64,000 nt of DNA from NCBI RefSeq assembly GCF_009914755.1, contig NC_060926.1; one strand, given 5' to 3'. The position numbers and the translations under genes were made by a program. The DNA comes from the human T2T-CHM13v2.0 reference genome, Homo sapiens. The stretch's first letter is position 1; the number at the start of each line of letters is the position of its first letter. The notes beneath the pieces were generated by a model, which was not told the DNA's origin, made no database searches, and saw nothing but the letters and a program-made list of their open reading frames with translations. Positions 1 to 23,205 of the stretch are shown here, one piece after another.

Positions 1-259
1 AATAGCCAGAGTTATAACTCCTCTTAAAATTCTTTGCCCAGTCTGTCCTGTTACCTTTCAGTATTCTAAATAAGTTAATTCCAAACTAATTTTGGACTTC
101 ACTGAGATCTTGTTACACAAGATTGCAAATTCCTATAAAGTATGATTCAAACTATTCTACTTATTTGTTCTGGGTAGCATTTAGTGTCTTAAATAGAGAA
201 AATTTTCAACAAATATTATTTTTATTACTGATTTGTTTCTTTATTTTTTGAGCAAATAT

Positions 260-367
260 ATTTAATTTTTAATTTTTGTGAGTACATAGTAGGTATATAT
301 ATTTATGGGGTACAGGAGATGTTTTGATACAGGCATGCAATGCGTAATCACATCATGGAGAATGAGG
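260..367 (-). mobile_element. Very short 3' tip of an L1MA-type LINE
   Basis: Antisense L1MA 3'-end text (gtacatagtaggtatatatatttatggggtaca...). Direct repeat TGAGCAAATA at 249-258 and 368-377. Confidence 0.6.
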
Positions 368-861
368 TGAGCAAATACTTATTTAATCTCCATTGTATGC
401 CAGACATTTTTCTAGGTGCCAAGGATGTTAAGGTTACCAGGCCATACACACTACCAGGCCATACATACCCCTTGTTCTCGAGGAGTTTATCATCTAGGGA
501 GTCAGTTAATGAAATAATTATGGATTGCAAATGGTACTTAAAATGGCATGGTGGTAGACAATCATCTTGAGTGGCTACTGTATATACACACTCTTTTCCT
601 ATGAACTTTTCTTTCCATTGTTGGAGGGAGAATAATTACAAGCTATTAAAGAGTTAAATGACTTAAGATGGAAAGAAAAAGGTAGTCAGTAACGGAGACT
701 ACTTTTGGCATAGCGAGTTTACTCCTCTGTTTACCATTTCTAAAGGTCATGGGACTCTGATGCCTATAATGGGCTGTATGTTTTGCAGGTTTTGTTGGTT
801 GATCATTACTTAGCCTCTGAGAGACTAACCAACTCTCCATGTTTTCTCTTTTCCCTTTTAG

Positions 862-1086
862 TAATTTGCCATCTTCCATGTATGAATGGTGGCCAGTGCA
901 GTTCAAGGGACAAATGTCAGTGCCCTCCAAATTTCACAGGAAAACTTTGTCAGATCCCAGTCCATGGTGCCAGCGTGCCTAAACTTTATCAGCATTCCCA
1001 GCAGCCAGGCAAGGCGTTGGGGACGCATGTCATCCATTCAACACATACCTTGCCTCTGACCGTGACTAGCCAGCAAGGAGTCAAAG
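862..1086 (+). CDS. LTBP1: LTBP1 coding exon (probably exon 6 of long isoform), 225 nt, phase 1-1; EGF-like domain plus start of linker
   Basis: Branch-like GACTAAC at ~823-829, pyrimidine tract, ttttag|TAATTTGC acceptor, AAAG|gtaagc donor. Translation [36 protein letters not shown]...SQQGVK is recognised LTBP1 sequence. Confidence 0.97.
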
Positions 1087-2083
1087 GTAAGCTTTTTTCA
1101 TTCCGCCCATTTGCCAGACCTCTGTTAACCTGCCAAACCCACATAGAAGTCAAGGATCTGCGGGTGGCCAGGGCTGGTATTGAAACAGAAAGGAGTACAT
1201 GATTTGTGGCCTGAGAAATGGCAGTAGAGACAGAATGTGGGCCCAGGTATGTAGCTGCAGTACTTTCTAGGCCATAGAGAGTTAGTGTCTAGGAAATAAG
1301 AAAATAAAAAGGAGCCCATTCTTCTCTAGTGATTCTTTACCACCAAGAGCTAATAAATGTGCATGGTACTGTTCTGACAAGGCCTGGGAAATAGAAAGAT
1401 GAGCAAGACAGTGTTCTGGCCCTTACAGCATTAATAAGCTAGTGGATCGCACAGTACCTGCTGGTGAACTTCACAATTGAAGAATGCTTGGTTTTAGTTG
1501 TAAACAATCATTTAACCTCACTGGACTTCAATTTGTTCGTCTGTAGAGGAAAGTAAACTAGGTCACTTGGAGCTCAAAAATTCTATGACGAATTCATCCT
1601 TTTAAACCTGGCATTTTTATAAATGCACACTTTTAAAAAGGGAATCATAGAAGTTTACTGGCTCTAATTCTTTAAAACCTGAGTCCTTGCATCAGGAGAT
1701 GAGATTTTGTTTGAAAGCTACGGAAAGTAGCTTGTTATAGATATAAAATAATGCACTTTGGTATTTTGTGTGTGTGTATGTCACAAGAAGCACAAAAATA
1801 ACAGGTACTGTATTATTTAAGGGTAAGAGAATTGTGCCTTGTAAAACTGGGTTTTCTCTTTTAATAGAAACATGTAAATCCTACAATTTTTATGACAGAA
1901 ATTTTATGAGAAATTCAAAAATAATCAAATGCTTGATCTTTCTGATTAACATTTGATAAAATTTACCTGCTTAGAACAAGCAGCATGAATTTCACAGCTT
2001 TATGACTTTGGAAAAGAATATTTTAGTCTCATGAATGTATTACTGTTAAAAGTTTTAATTTCTCTCTATAATTGCAAATTTTA

Positions 2084-2462
<379 letters not shown>

Positions 2463-2582
2463 CTATGCAGCAAAATGCTACACATGCATGCATGTTTATA
2501 AAATTTACTTTCATGTTTTAAAACTTTTGATTTGCCTGTTAGTTATTCAGGACTAACAAGTTTTCCTCCCAATCTGTTGTAG

Positions 2583-2857
2583 TGAAATTTCCTCCTAACA
2601 TAGTCAATATCCATGTGAAACATCCTCCTGAAGCTTCCGTCCAGATACATCAGGTTTCAAGAATTGATGGCCCAACAGGCCAGAAGACAAAAGAAGCTCA
2701 ACCAGGCCAATCCCAAGTCTCGTACCAAGGGCTTCCTGTCCAGAAGACCCAGACCATACATTCCACATACTCCCACCAGCAGGTCATTCCTCACGTCTAC
2801 CCCGTGGCTGCTAAGACACAGCTTGGCCGGTGCTTCCAGGAAACCATTGGGTCACAG
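2583..2857 (+). CDS. LTBP1: LTBP1 coding exon (probably exon 7), 275 nt, phase 1-0; Pro/Gln-rich region and first Cys of hybrid domain
   Basis: GACTAAC at 2551-2557, tgtag|TGAAA acceptor, CAG|gtaaac donor. Encodes (V)KFPPNIVNIHVKHPPEASVQIHQVSRID...LGRCFQETIGSQ, in frame with the previous exon. Confidence 0.97.
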
Positions 2858-2955
2858 GTAAACATCATCACCGAGCCTGCTTTAGCAGTGTCTTACAGAT
2901 ATGGTATCATTTTAACAAGAAAGCCAGACTTGATAAAAATGCTTTTTAAAAAAAA

Positions 2956-3163
2956 AGGCTTTGACAAACTATGACTTGTGGCCATATTTTTGTAAATAAA
3001 GTTTTATTGCCACACTCATAGCCACACTTATTCATTTACATACTGTCTATGCCCATTTTCATGCGATGACTGCAGAATTAAATAGTCCAGTGAGATCATA
3101 TGGTCTGTGGAACCTAAAATATTTACTGTGTGTCTTTTTACAGAAAAAGCTTGCCAGTCCCTG
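2956..3163 (+). mobile_element. MER58A-like hAT MITE
   Basis: tttttgtaaataaagttttattg...cctaaaatatttact...tttacagaaaaagcttgccagtccctg; second copy at 61435. Confidence 0.75.
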
Positions 3164-3176
3164 ATGTACAGAATAC

Positions 3177-3501
<325 letters not shown>

Positions 3502-3739
3502 TCCAGAAATGTTTCAGGAAGTCCATGATTACCTGTTTCTATTTTTTCAGTTAGGATGATCTGTGTATAAAATGTGTCAGGCGTGAGATATGGTACAGAA
3601 TATATATTCCGCAAAGATGCTTGTAAATATTTTTGCCTTTTGCAGTAGTTTTGTTCATGAGTTTTGAATTCATTGTGCAATAATAATTCATGTCATCTTT
3701 GACAGGAAGTAATATTTCATGTTATCTTTTATTTTCTTA

Positions 3740-4265
<526 letters not shown>

Positions 4266-6691
4266 TTAAACCCCTCATGAGAAGACTAGATGAGATACAT
4301 TTATTATTATTCCTCTGCGATGTCTTGAATATTAAAAATATATCGTGTGTGTGTGTATATGCGCATGAAATACTTGGGAGTAATAGAACTAATTGTCACT
4401 GCTTTAGAAACCTGGGAAACACTTTTAGGTAGTAAGTCAATGGTAAGATTGTCACCTTTCTTCTAGGAGAAGGAGGGGAGATTGTAGACCTGAATGGAAG
4501 GCAGCATATGGGAATGGAAAGAGCATCCTTGTGGAGTTGTAAGACCTTGATTAGAGCTGTGAGCCCAGCACTCGGTAGGAGGGAAGTGGCTTCCTTATCT
4601 GCAAAGTAGAGATAAGATGTGGGGCTCATGAGACTTTGTTAAGATTAATCAAGATAATGTGAGCCCTGCTTTGCAAATATTATAGAACGATGCAAATATT
4701 AGCTTAGAGAATATTTATCAAGATGAGTCAAACTTAAGCAGCCATCTACTATGACTGTTTTTATATCATGTGCTTTCAGTAAGATAGGGGACAGCATCGA
4801 TCCCACAAACACAGCCCTCATTGGCCTGTGGACACCTGAAATGCGACTACAGGGGACCTAACGTGGCTTTTCATTCCCCAGTTTTGCAAATGCTTTTGGG
4901 AGAAGGAACATCAGTCTAAATTTAGCTTAAAAGTAAAGACAATGTTTATGCTAAGGGTAGATTTTGATAAGGACAGTGGGGCTGAAGATAAACTTTATAC
5001 ACTTCACAGCTTTGCACTGAACTAGTCTTGGAGAGGGAGGACAAATTTCGTGCCATTTGCATTGTTTATTCATTCCAGCTTAGGTTGGTCATGGAGAAAG
5101 GAAAAAGCAGATCTTTTTAAAATTGTGTGCCCAGTACCTTTCTCCCCATTTCCAAGTTGGAACACAGATGATAAAAAGCAAGAAAATGAGGCATAACAAA
5201 CTTGTTATTCTTGTATAATATTAGGTGATTGTTAACAAGAAAAGATGAAAAGATACTATTGACTTGTAAGCCTAGAGTGTACAATTGAAATGAATTGGCT
5301 AATTGATGGAGTTACCCAAATAATTAAAACTCTGGAATACTTTTGTCTTATCTGCATACATCTCTGACTTTTGGTCTAAAAGATCCAAACAGTGATCTCA
5401 ATTCTTAATTCATTTTGCATGTGTACTCACTCATACACAGCTTCAAAATAAGACCTGTTTTTTGGAAAGCATTCTCAGCATATATTTATTGGTCTTCCTG
5501 TTCATGAGGAATGTTGCTGGATGCTAAAGACTGCCCAATTAATTTGTGCAATTAGGGTGAACCAGGCATTTAAAAAATACATTACTGGCAAATAATCATA
5601 GTGTGTAGGTGTATCCTACTATCCTACAAAGGATTTTGAAAACATTTGTGCTTTCTTGCTGTGGTTGGTTTGCAAACGTAGCTATAGCCAGGAGGTATAG
5701 GTAGATTTTAAATGGCAGATAATCCAAAACAAAAACAAAACCCTGGATAAATGCTCACTGTTGCTTTGCTCAGTGGAGCCGTCTTATTAATTGCAAGTGT
5801 CAAACATTGAGACTTTCAATGCAGTAGTTACCAATAAACATCTATGTTTATATGTTGCTATGAGAGGTCATATACAAAATAAATTTGGCAGAGATAGCCC
5901 TTGTTTCTGTGGCACATTCTAATAATTAGGTAGTAAACTTGGGATTGAACACCAAGATGAACTGTGATCAACGTATTTAAATTCAGGAAAGCTTTGTAGG
6001 GTAGAATTTCAGAACTGTTTGGAGGGTGGAGGAAAATGGATGATTGATGAGGAAACCAAGCTCACAGAGCAGAAAGGGAGAGTAATTGAACAGAGGAAAG
6101 AGAACAGTACAAGAAATGGGCAGGGAAGAGTTGTCAGAAGAGATCAGAGAAGTGAAATAGCTTGGGATTCTTGGCAGGCTATTGCACAAATATTAAGCCT
6201 CTTAAATCTGAGGCATAGTGCAGTATAAATGACTTGCTGGCAAGGTCAGCGTGTCAGGAAGCCCCTTTGACTAAGTGATCAACTCAGCGTCATTAATAGT
6301 GGGGCAGCCTGACCTTATGTGCCTCCTGCTGTGAGACAGTATAGAGTGCAGAATTACCCATGAAGTGTTCTTGCCAAATATATCTAACCTGAATCTAATC
6401 AAACCCTTAGACTTAACCCCAAGTTTACAGGGAATACCAAGGGTAAAGAAACAAGTTAAAAACATCACACTCAGACAGAAAAAACAATCAGACATTGACA
6501 ACGTAGGGCATTGTTGCCTGGTTTCTTAAAAAAAAAAAATCAGAGTATAAAAGAAAGTGAGATGATGTTTGTAGAAAGAGACACAAAAAATAAGTGTAAT
6601 ATATTCACCTTAATTAAATCTTGATTTTTTAAAAAAAAGCCAGATCTAAGAGATATTTTGGGAATAGTTGGGGAAATTTGAACATGAGCTC

Positions 6692-7060
6692 TGTCTTAGT
6701 CCATTTTGTGTTGTTATAACAGAGTGTCACAGACTGGGTAATCTATAAAGAAAAGACATTTATTTCTCACTGTTTTAGAGGCTGTGAAGTTCAATATCAA
6801 GATGCCAGCATGTGACCAGGGCCTTCTTACTAAGTCACCCCATAGCAGAAGGACAGGAGAACACAAGAGAGCAAGGGGGAGCTGAACTTGCTTTTATAAC
6901 AAGTCCACTCTGGTGATAACTAACCCACTCCCAAGATAATGACATTAATGCATTCATGAGGGAAGACCCTCTTATTAGGTCCCATACTCCTAACACTGTC
7001 GCTTTCAGGGGATTAAGTTTCTAACACATGAACTTTGGGGGACACATTCAAACCATAGGA
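6692..7060 (-). mobile_element. MaLR solo LTR (MST/MLT1A-type)
   Basis: tgtcttagtccattttgtgttgttataacag...gggggacacattcaaaccatag, typical MaLR termini. Confidence 0.85.
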
Positions 7061-7147
7061 AATGTCATTAGATGATATTTTGGAATTACTAGTTTTCTTA
7101 TGTGTGGTAATAGTATTGGGATTATGTAGGAAAATATCCTTATTCTT

Positions 7148-7471
<324 letters not shown>

Positions 7472-7519
7472 TGAATGCTGAAAGTTTTAGGGGTGAAATT
7501 CCATGATGTTCGTAGTTTA

Positions 7520-10195
<2,676 letters not shown>

Positions 10196-12118
10196 TAGTT
10201 TCAGAGGTATTTTACACACAAGTAGCACGAACTTGACTCTTGAGCGGTTCATATGCAGGTGATCATTGTATTATCCTTTGAATATCTCAGTATATTGGAA
10301 AATATTTTAGAAAGAAGGGGGAAAATATTAAAATTTCCTAGACTTATAAATAGAATAGTATATTTTAAAGCCGAATTTAAAAGCTTTCACTGTAATACAT
10401 TTAGAGACTTTTTAGAAACAAACTTAAAGTTTTTAACTGTTTAATGGGAGTGTTGGGTGAGTGTGAGGTGACATGAGGCCAAGGAAGAGAAATTGGCCTT
10501 GTGAAATGACCAAGGGCCAATCTAAGAAGTCAAGTTGAAAAAAAAGGAGATGACTATAGGGGATTTTGTGAGGAATCAAGCATCAGGATTGCGTTACAGG
10601 CTGTTGTGAAGACAAGGATGATGAAGAAATGAACGGTTCTGAATTTTCTTCTAAATAAATAAATGCTAAATAAATGCTAACTAAATAAATGCTCACCAGA
10701 GTTGATTTCTTGACCCTTAGCAGGGAGGATTGTGAGAAGATGAGCAATGACATCTTTGTTACAAGCAGCCTCATCCTTGATTAATATTAGGAAGGGTGTA
10801 CTCTTAATTATCAGTCAAGGAAGTCCAGGGTGTTTTCGAGATGGAATGCTAGAGAATTAATGGAGAAAATTCAGTGATCAGTGAATAGATTTGCTGATGA
10901 TAGCTTAAATTCATGACCACAGAGGACATTTCTTTGGATTGCATTATAATGAGAAAAGAGCGGGAATAATGGAGTTAAAGGTTTCTGTAATGTTTTCTCA
11001 CCTTGACAGAGAATGCCAACCTGTAGGGAAAAAAACATTTCTATTGTTTTGTTTTTGTAAAAAGTTACGTTTAGTATTTCAGAGTTCTAAAAATATGTTT
11101 AACAATCAAATAAATCATTGGTGTTTATGTGAATTAGGCTGTCTATATAGGCAGTCTCTATAGGCATCACTAAATCTCCTATATTCAAAGAACAGAAATT
11201 GATCTCATAGAACTATATAGGGTGACAGACAGGAGTGGTTTTCTTGAATATAAATCAAGTATGAAGTAGTTGGCCGGTCCTAATTTTGGCAGAGTTAGGT
11301 TTCTGTGCTACCTGGAGTAAGTTGTGGTAGTCTACATATATGTGAAAACATTTGCAAGAGTTTGCTCACTGACTGTTAGAATGACAATTCCAGTGGTTAC
11401 AATCACCAGCCACTTCAGGGTAATCTCATTTTTCACAGGCTTCAAACCCGAACATTTCTGTGGTAGTTATCATCTCTGAGGAGAGGCCAAGTTTCAGAAA
11501 ATACCCCTCCAATTTATTTTTGCATCATAGGAACATTGAATATGTTCATCTTTTTTACATAAAAATCAATTGTATAAGGGTGTCCTTTGTTTTTAAATTG
11601 GATCTCTTTAACAGTGACCTAAATTCAAAGCTTGTTTGGCATCTGACTTTTTGATTGTTTCAAACATGTTTTATTGATTGCCCAGTTCCTGGAAACAAAC
11701 ATGTAGTGACCTAGTTATGCCAGATGGTATGAAAAGGCCTTCTATGGGAAGCATTTAGAATCACAGTATAGAGTTCAGGGTCCAGCTTCCATGCTGAACC
11801 TGCCCACTGCCTCGTTGCACAAGCCTGTGCTCTTTGTTGAACCCAGGAACCTGCCTCGTAATCAGACAGAAGCGTTATAAGGGGAGACAAAAAATTCAAG
11901 TGCTTCAAGATTTCCTGTTTCAAGATGCTGAAAGATCAGAAAATTTTACATATAAATACCTGAGTTAATTAAAAAGCAGGTATTCCAGGACTCTGGAAAA
12001 CCCTGATTTATACAGCATATGTTTTAAGTACAGCACTCTAACACAGATAAAGATGATCAAATAACACATGAACCCACTTTTATAGTTTGCAACTATAAAA
12101 CTCTTAGAAAATATTTTA

Positions 12119-15662
<3,544 letters not shown>

Positions 15663-16026
15663 AAGAAACAAACTTCAAGATTAAGGTCTTTATACATATT
15701 CTACAGAAGAAAATAAACTTTATGTGGATTAGGAAGAAAGGAAAGGACTGGTAGTTGATGTGGAATCCTGAAATCATTGTGAAAACTCTTTTTTCCTTTA
15801 ATTATTGGTCATATAAATAATAAGCCTTAGGGCAAAATTGGGTTAAAGTGACACAAGAACTGTTTGGGATTCTGTTAGAGATGCCAGAAGTTGTTCCAGC
15901 AGTTCTGTTTGGACAGGAAAAATGGAAACAGAATGGACCATTGGAGAACAAGATTATCTAATTGAAGATAGGTCTCTTTTGGCAGATATGTTCAGTAACA
16001 TCCTAAGCTCTAAAGCTTAGCACTGG

Positions 16027-16028
<2 letters not shown>

Positions 16029-16066
<38 letters not shown>
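16029..16066. repeat. (CA)19 microsatellite
   Basis: Perfect dinucleotide run. Confidence 0.97.
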
Positions 16067-16069
<3 letters not shown>

Positions 16070-18577
16070 CATTCTAAAGGGCCAAATAGATATACTTAGC
16101 TTTTGTTTAAAAAAACTTAAAAGAATAAGCTTAATGGAGAAATTAACAGGAAAATATGAGCTCATTGAAGTGGAAAGTATCCTAATTGCATGGCTGAAAT
16201 TACTTTTTTTTAAAAGAGTTTCAATACTTTTGTCACAGGACTTTGAATAAAGAAAAATATTTCTTGGTTTCCACTGGACAAAAGCCAGTAAGAAGCTGGG
16301 GAAATAGATGTGATGCCTGCCAACTCCACATGGGAGAAAAAGATGGGTAGATGGTTGGGTCGATGCAGATGAGATGGGCACTTTGGAAATCTTTTCTCAG
16401 TGATGAGAAATGGTGTTCATTTAGGGGAGCTGAGACATTGAGTTCTGCTCAGAAACCTGCTCTTGAATTTCCGCAGTATCTCTCCTGTCCTGGCAACGTG
16501 AATATTACTGGGATGAAGCCTAAATCTATGATTACAAAACAAACAAACCTAGTTTTATCCTGACAGAAGTAATGCCAGAATTATTGTAACACTTTTCACA
16601 CTGGTTATTCCCTAAACTGAGTCCATAAACTATGTAAATAGATTAGAAGTCTAAAGAAAAAAATGGTTATAAAACATCTTACTTATGTGGAAGGGGAACT
16701 GAGCCAGGCTGGGTCAGTAGAGGGCAGAGGTGAATTGTGGCTCTCTCTTCCTCCCCATCGCCTAAGGCCACATGCCCTTATGGATAGGGCCCTCCCAGGT
16801 GATCTTGGACCAGTGCAGTGGCCTGCCTTCTTTTGGAGGAGCTGCTGGGCAGTGACTGGGGAAGGTGAGGCTGAGGCTACTAGACATCTGTCTTCTTGCT
16901 GAGCAGAGAGCTCAGTTGGAGTGTGTGCTGATTGCATTTATTGAAGCTTGGCTTCCTTGAGGTGGAATAAGTCATTAACACCAGGCACTTCCTATGCCAT
17001 CTGGGCTTTTCTTCAGTGTCCCACTCAAGTACTCCTTTGGCATAATCTAAGAAATATTTAATTGAGTGTTACTGAGTCTCTTGTGGCTCTAAAATGGCTG
17101 CTCTCTGTAGCCATCCGTGCCAAACCTTACCTGCGTCAACAGCTGAAGGTATCACTGAAGGTGTCCTACACATCTCACTGATAGGTGCTGGGACTTTTAA
17201 GTGTTAGCTGGTCTTGTTCCAGCAACCTCTGCCAGATTGACTTTCGCGCAGGGGCCCTCTAGCCTGGAGTCAAGAAAGATCAGCAGAGACAGGGGTAAGA
17301 TCCAAAGAGGGAAAATCACCGCATGTGAGAGAGAACATGTCTGCATGTCACTGGGCTCCTGCCAGTGGAGAGGAGAACTGCTCGTTTTACTTGGATTGAG
17401 AATGTAGGGCTGGGACATTAGGATAATCAAAATATAGATTCTTAGAACTTCAGAGAATGGGTTGTGACCCAGACGTTACCCTTCCTGCGGCCCAGTATCT
17501 GGTCTTTACCCAGGTAGATGTCTTCTGGGAACCAAAGAGGCTGTCAGCTTTAAGGGTCCACCTGCCCGGACCTGTTTAAGAGAAGCAAGTATGTGTTTCT
17601 TCATTGGTTCTCCCTAAGCCCCTCCTCTCAGATTTTTTTTCATTTTATTGGCAATTAAAATGCCTTTATCATGACGTGGAATATCAAATTACCATATTTT
17701 ATACCTCTAGGGCTCTATAAAATAATATACCTATTAATAATTAGACTCCTGTTCCTACATAGGAATAAGCATTGAAAATAATAATTATGGAGCAGCTCAG
17801 AGTGGAAGCATGTTGAGCTACTTCTGATATTGGCAAAGTGGTAAGATTTTATGGTCACTGTGTTTGAAGATGACAGTTCTGAGCATGTTGGAAATAGTTT
17901 TAAGAGACGATGGCTTGAATTGATGGTTGATTTTGGCTCTATACATTTTAAGAAATGGTTTCAGGATTTATAGCTGGTATTTCTGGGCTCTGATGGTCTG
18001 ATGTGGCTCTGTGCTATCCCTCAGAATTGAGATTTGCTAAAATGAGGAAGAATCATCTGGTTTACTAAAAAAATCAGTCCTCTGAAATCTGCCCCATAAA
18101 GTTGTAGTGAGAGAAGCAACATTTTTTGCCGTATATTGAAGAGGACAGAGTTCTCTCCTGAACCTTCTCTAAGACCATGATAGTACTGTTTTTTTCCTTT
18201 CTCATCCTTCCATTTTTTTTCCCTCTTCTGTCTCCTTTCTTAAATAAAATAATTTATATATAGAATTGAATGTTCTATTTCAACAAGGTCACTGTATGAG
18301 ACTGTGCATTTACTCTAGTGACACTGCCATTGGGCAAATAGCTTGGACACGTCTGTGAACAAGATTTGCCACCGTTGAGAATATTTAAAGTATGTCTCTA
18401 GCCTTGAAGAACATTCTAAAATTCAAAATATTTTGTATATTTCTAAATATTTTAAACAAAGAGAGCAATGCCTCCAAGATGATCACTTTGCAGAAGACTG
18501 GTTTAGAATCTGCAAGCTCTAACGGAGTTGTTAAAGAATATGGTCTTAACATTCTGTGGCTTCAAGATAAGCCTCTT

Positions 18578-18750
18578 TTTTTTTTTCTTTTTCTTTTTTT
18601 AAGAGATAGGGTCTCACTCTGTTGCCCAAGCTGGAGTGCAGTGGCAGGATCATAGCATGCTGCAAGCTCAAACTCTCGGGCTCAAGTGATCCTCCTGCCT
18701 CAGCCTCCCAAGTAGCTAAGAGTATAGGTGTGTGCCACCATACCTGGCCA
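18578..18750 (-). mobile_element. Alu monomer (FRAM/AluJ right arm)
   Basis: Single antisense arm; flanking AAGCCTCTT direct repeat. Confidence 0.85.
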
Positions 18751-19698
18751 TGGGGCAAGCCTCTTCGTAAGACAATGCATTTTTAGAAAACTGATAGCTG
18801 ATTTGACCTTCAAAACAATCAGGAGAAACATGAAAAGTAGACATTTATGTCTCCCATTTATTTATGTGAAATTTGAGGCTCAGAGATTGGGACTAGCTTG
18901 TGTTGGTATTTCCAAGACAATAGCTCTCTTTCCATTTTAGCAAATTCATCATATCTTGGCCCTCAGTTTCTTCATTTTTCAAATAATTGGATTGGCTAAG
19001 GAGACTACCAAGGTGTCTTTGAGCCCTCCAAACCTCTATGATGATTTCTACATCTTTGCTCTTTTCTGCAATCTTAGACACCACTGGTGCTGACATATGC
19101 ACAGGCCATATGGACAGATCAATGTCAAACAGAGTGAATGAATAACCTATACTTGTCTCTCAAATGCTACTGACTTAGAAGACTCGTCTTTAGTATCAGT
19201 TTCTCTGAAAAGCTTTTTAGTACTTCTTCAACCCACACTTCTCTCTGTTCCTTAAATCTTTATTGCATTTAGAATCTAATCAGACAATTTTAAATTTAAA
19301 TATTTTAAAGTTGTTGCTTTTGTGCCTCGTTTCTCTTCCTCACCAGCTTGCGCTTTTTATAAGGCCAGGATCACTTATGAATTGATCTTAGAACTAGGCA
19401 CACATGAATTGTGGGTAAATATATTAGATTAGTCTAGGTTGTGCTTCAGTAACACATTAGCACAACAAAGTTTACGTTTTGTGTGCATTAGACATGTTAG
19501 AGGTGAGCAGAGGACTCTGCTCTGCATATTTCAGGGACTTGGGTTGATAGTGGTTCCATCATGTTACTGCCATGTTATCCAGAATATATGGCTTCCTTAA
19601 TTCCTACAGCAGGGAACGAGAGGTTCTGCAAAGGACCACACTCATTCCCTTTCCCATAGCCCCCTGTTCAGAATGAGTCCCATGGCCATACCTATTAG

Positions 19699-20080
19699 TG
19701 CTATTGATGGAATTATGCCTCCCATCCCCAAATTCATATGTTGAAGCCCCAAACCCCAATGCAGCTATATTTGGAGACAGAGCCTAAAAGGAGATAACTA
19801 AGGTTAAGTGAGATCATAAGGGCAGGGCCCTGATGTGATAGGACCAGTGAGCTTGACCTCTCTGTTGCTTTCCCCACACACTTGCACAAAGAAGAGTCCA
19901 TGTGAGCACACAGCCAGATGGCAGCCACCCACAAGCTAGGAGGAGGGGCCTCACCAAAAATCCACCATGTTGGTACCATAATCTTGGGTTTCCAGCCTCC
20001 AGAACTGTGAGGAAATAAAAAAAAAAATCTATTGTTTAAACCACCCAGTCTACGGTATTTTGTTATGGCAATCTAACACA
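19699..20080 (+). mobile_element. MLT1A-type MaLR solo LTR, apparently nested in an older MLT1 LTR (~19425-20150)
   Basis: ccccaaattcatatgttgaagcccc...cagcctccagaactgtgaggaaataaa...gtattttgttatggca. Confidence 0.8.
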
Positions 20081-20463
20081 TAGTTTTGGAGCTGGGAAAT
20101 GTGGGGAAACAAGTGGCTCTTTGGGGAACAATGGATGTTTCTGCCAGAAGAGTCAGGGCAGTGGACAAGACAGACATGGTTCCCTGCACCCAGGGATCTA
20201 AATGAACCTGTTAGTGTTATTTGTGGCTTTCAGTTTTTCTACATGACTTGCAACCAAACCACAGGTAATTATTAGTTTTGAGTTCTGTGTACTTGGAAGA
20301 GACACAGAAAAAACTGAAAGCTTAACCAAATGAGGCATGCATTACAATTTCACATAGTGCTATGAGGCCTAAAATGTTTTTGGTTCCTTTGATTATCTCT
20401 TTATAGACATGAAGCTTAATATAGAAGATTTATCTCAATATGGTTGTAGAAATAAGCATTGGA

Positions 20464-20814
<351 letters not shown>

Positions 20815-22792
20815 CTATGGTGATAGTAATCATGGCTATATGCACATCTTTATTCCCTCTCTCAACATGAGTCTTTCTTTTTAGACACATTCCTAGTAAT
20901 TAAACTTAAAATAAATTCGATCTACTCACCATCTAGTACTAGGATTTATCACATGATTTGTGTTGTTTTGCCCCAAGGAAAGGCTAACAGGAATTATGAT
21001 GTCAGAATATAATCATGATAATACTGTACTTAAATTTTCTTTTTGCAACTTAAGAGCAAAACACACATATCACAGCCTGGAAGAAGACTTGACTGTTGAA
21101 ATGTTCAAATCATTGTAGAGGTGGAGAAAATAGGCAGCACAGATTCTATCTTTTCTTTAGAAAAGATGTCAAGTAGAATCATAAGTTTCATGCTTAAGAG
21201 GGTTTTTTTTCCCTTCATATGTGACTTTAAAAACCATTTTTGCCTTAGTGTAACTTTTAAAATACCGTTTCATAAACTAAAGTAGTTGTCTGGAATTCCT
21301 TGAAGCCCATGGTTTGGCTTCAGCAGGTTTTAAACAAATACACTGTCAGAAATCGATGTGGATACATTTCCAGCAGTTAAATGCTCTAGTCACAGTAGAT
21401 ACTTTGTAAAATCAATAGCCTGAAATATCAGAGGATTATAGTTGTATCAGATTCCCCAAATGCCTAACATTGTTTTAATTACTCTAATAAAAGAAAGCTG
21501 AGTGGACTTAAAAAAAAGAAAGAAAAAAACCTTGCCTATAAAGAATGTTCTGCTCAAGCCAAAGCAAATTTTTTTACAAGTTCTCTTAGAAAATCTGGAA
21601 GTATTTATGCATTTTCCTCTTCTTATGAGACAATGCCTGTTACCCAGCCAGTTCTGCATTGTACAGTGCTCTTTATAACAACGACCCTTAGAACAAGTTG
21701 ATCAAATATGTTGCTCTAGTTGCACTAGCGATAGGGGTTAGAGATTTAGAACTTTTTACTTTTTGATGCATAGAAATAAGCATATTTAATGATCTAGTAC
21801 TGGGACACTAAAGAGTGTTCATGAGATTTTCTAGTTTAATTTGGAGCCATAGTTGATTCAGGGGCTAGAAGAACACCATTTTGCTCAGAACATTGTCAGG
21901 AGTCACTTTTCCAGAGTGGAGATGTGTTTATATCATAGTGAAAAGACAGTTTAAGAGGAGCAAAGAAGAGGAAAGACGAAGTTTGGATTGATCCAACAAC
22001 CTGTTACATGTAGTCAGTACTTTTCCCATAGGGGACTTCATTCTGATTCTTATGAAAAGAAGTTCAAGATTTCAAAAAAAATAGGATTAACATTCCTCAT
22101 CCAGATTCATAGTATTGATGGTGTAGCTTTTGTTTACTAGAATACCCCAAGGCTTTGTGCCAGAATGTTAGAGTAATGTGCTTCTGAATGTGGATGGAGG
22201 TGAGGATGGCACCTGCATGGGTGGAATAATTTATGGGACATACCTGTACAGTGTAGGTTGATGGATTATAATGTGACTTTATAATGGTCACAGCCCAGTA
22301 CACCCAAGATCTGCATTTCCATGACCATCTTGAATCATTTCTGAGATCTTGCCTATTGATAATTATATCATTCATTATAGCTACCCAATATAATCTAGAA
22401 TCGAGCCATTTAAGAGCTGTAACTCTTCTCAGGAAGGTAGAGCTGCCCTTTGTGTGTACAGGTTAGCAGGAAAGGGCTGGCATGACGTAGGGTGAGGAAA
22501 AGGCAGCCCATTATTATGGTTATCCTTGATTAGGTTGGCCTAGGTCAGGGTATGAGGATACCACCAGGCAGGCTGTGGCAGCATGGAATCTAATGTATCA
22601 ACCTGGCAGGCAGGGGGCACCTGAGGAACACCGACCTTCATAGGATTGCCCTGCCACGTAGCTCCTTGGCTGCCCTCAGCCCTGCCCTGGAGCTTTCATA
22701 AAATCATAGAACTTGGGCACTTAAATGAGTATTAGCAAGTAGTCTGTCCTTACAATTTTATGGGTTGATGCAACTAACATCCAGAGAGGTAG

Positions 22793-23205
<413 letters not shown>

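Noticed and set aside
783-1202. ORF-track extensions beyond the LTBP1 exons (also 2582-2974)
   Set aside because: Only the splice-bounded parts match LTBP1; the rest is intronic read-through.
10651-10694. Short CTAAATAAATG repeats (also 17-bp duplication near 435-468)
   Set aside because: Ordinary slippage-scale repeats.
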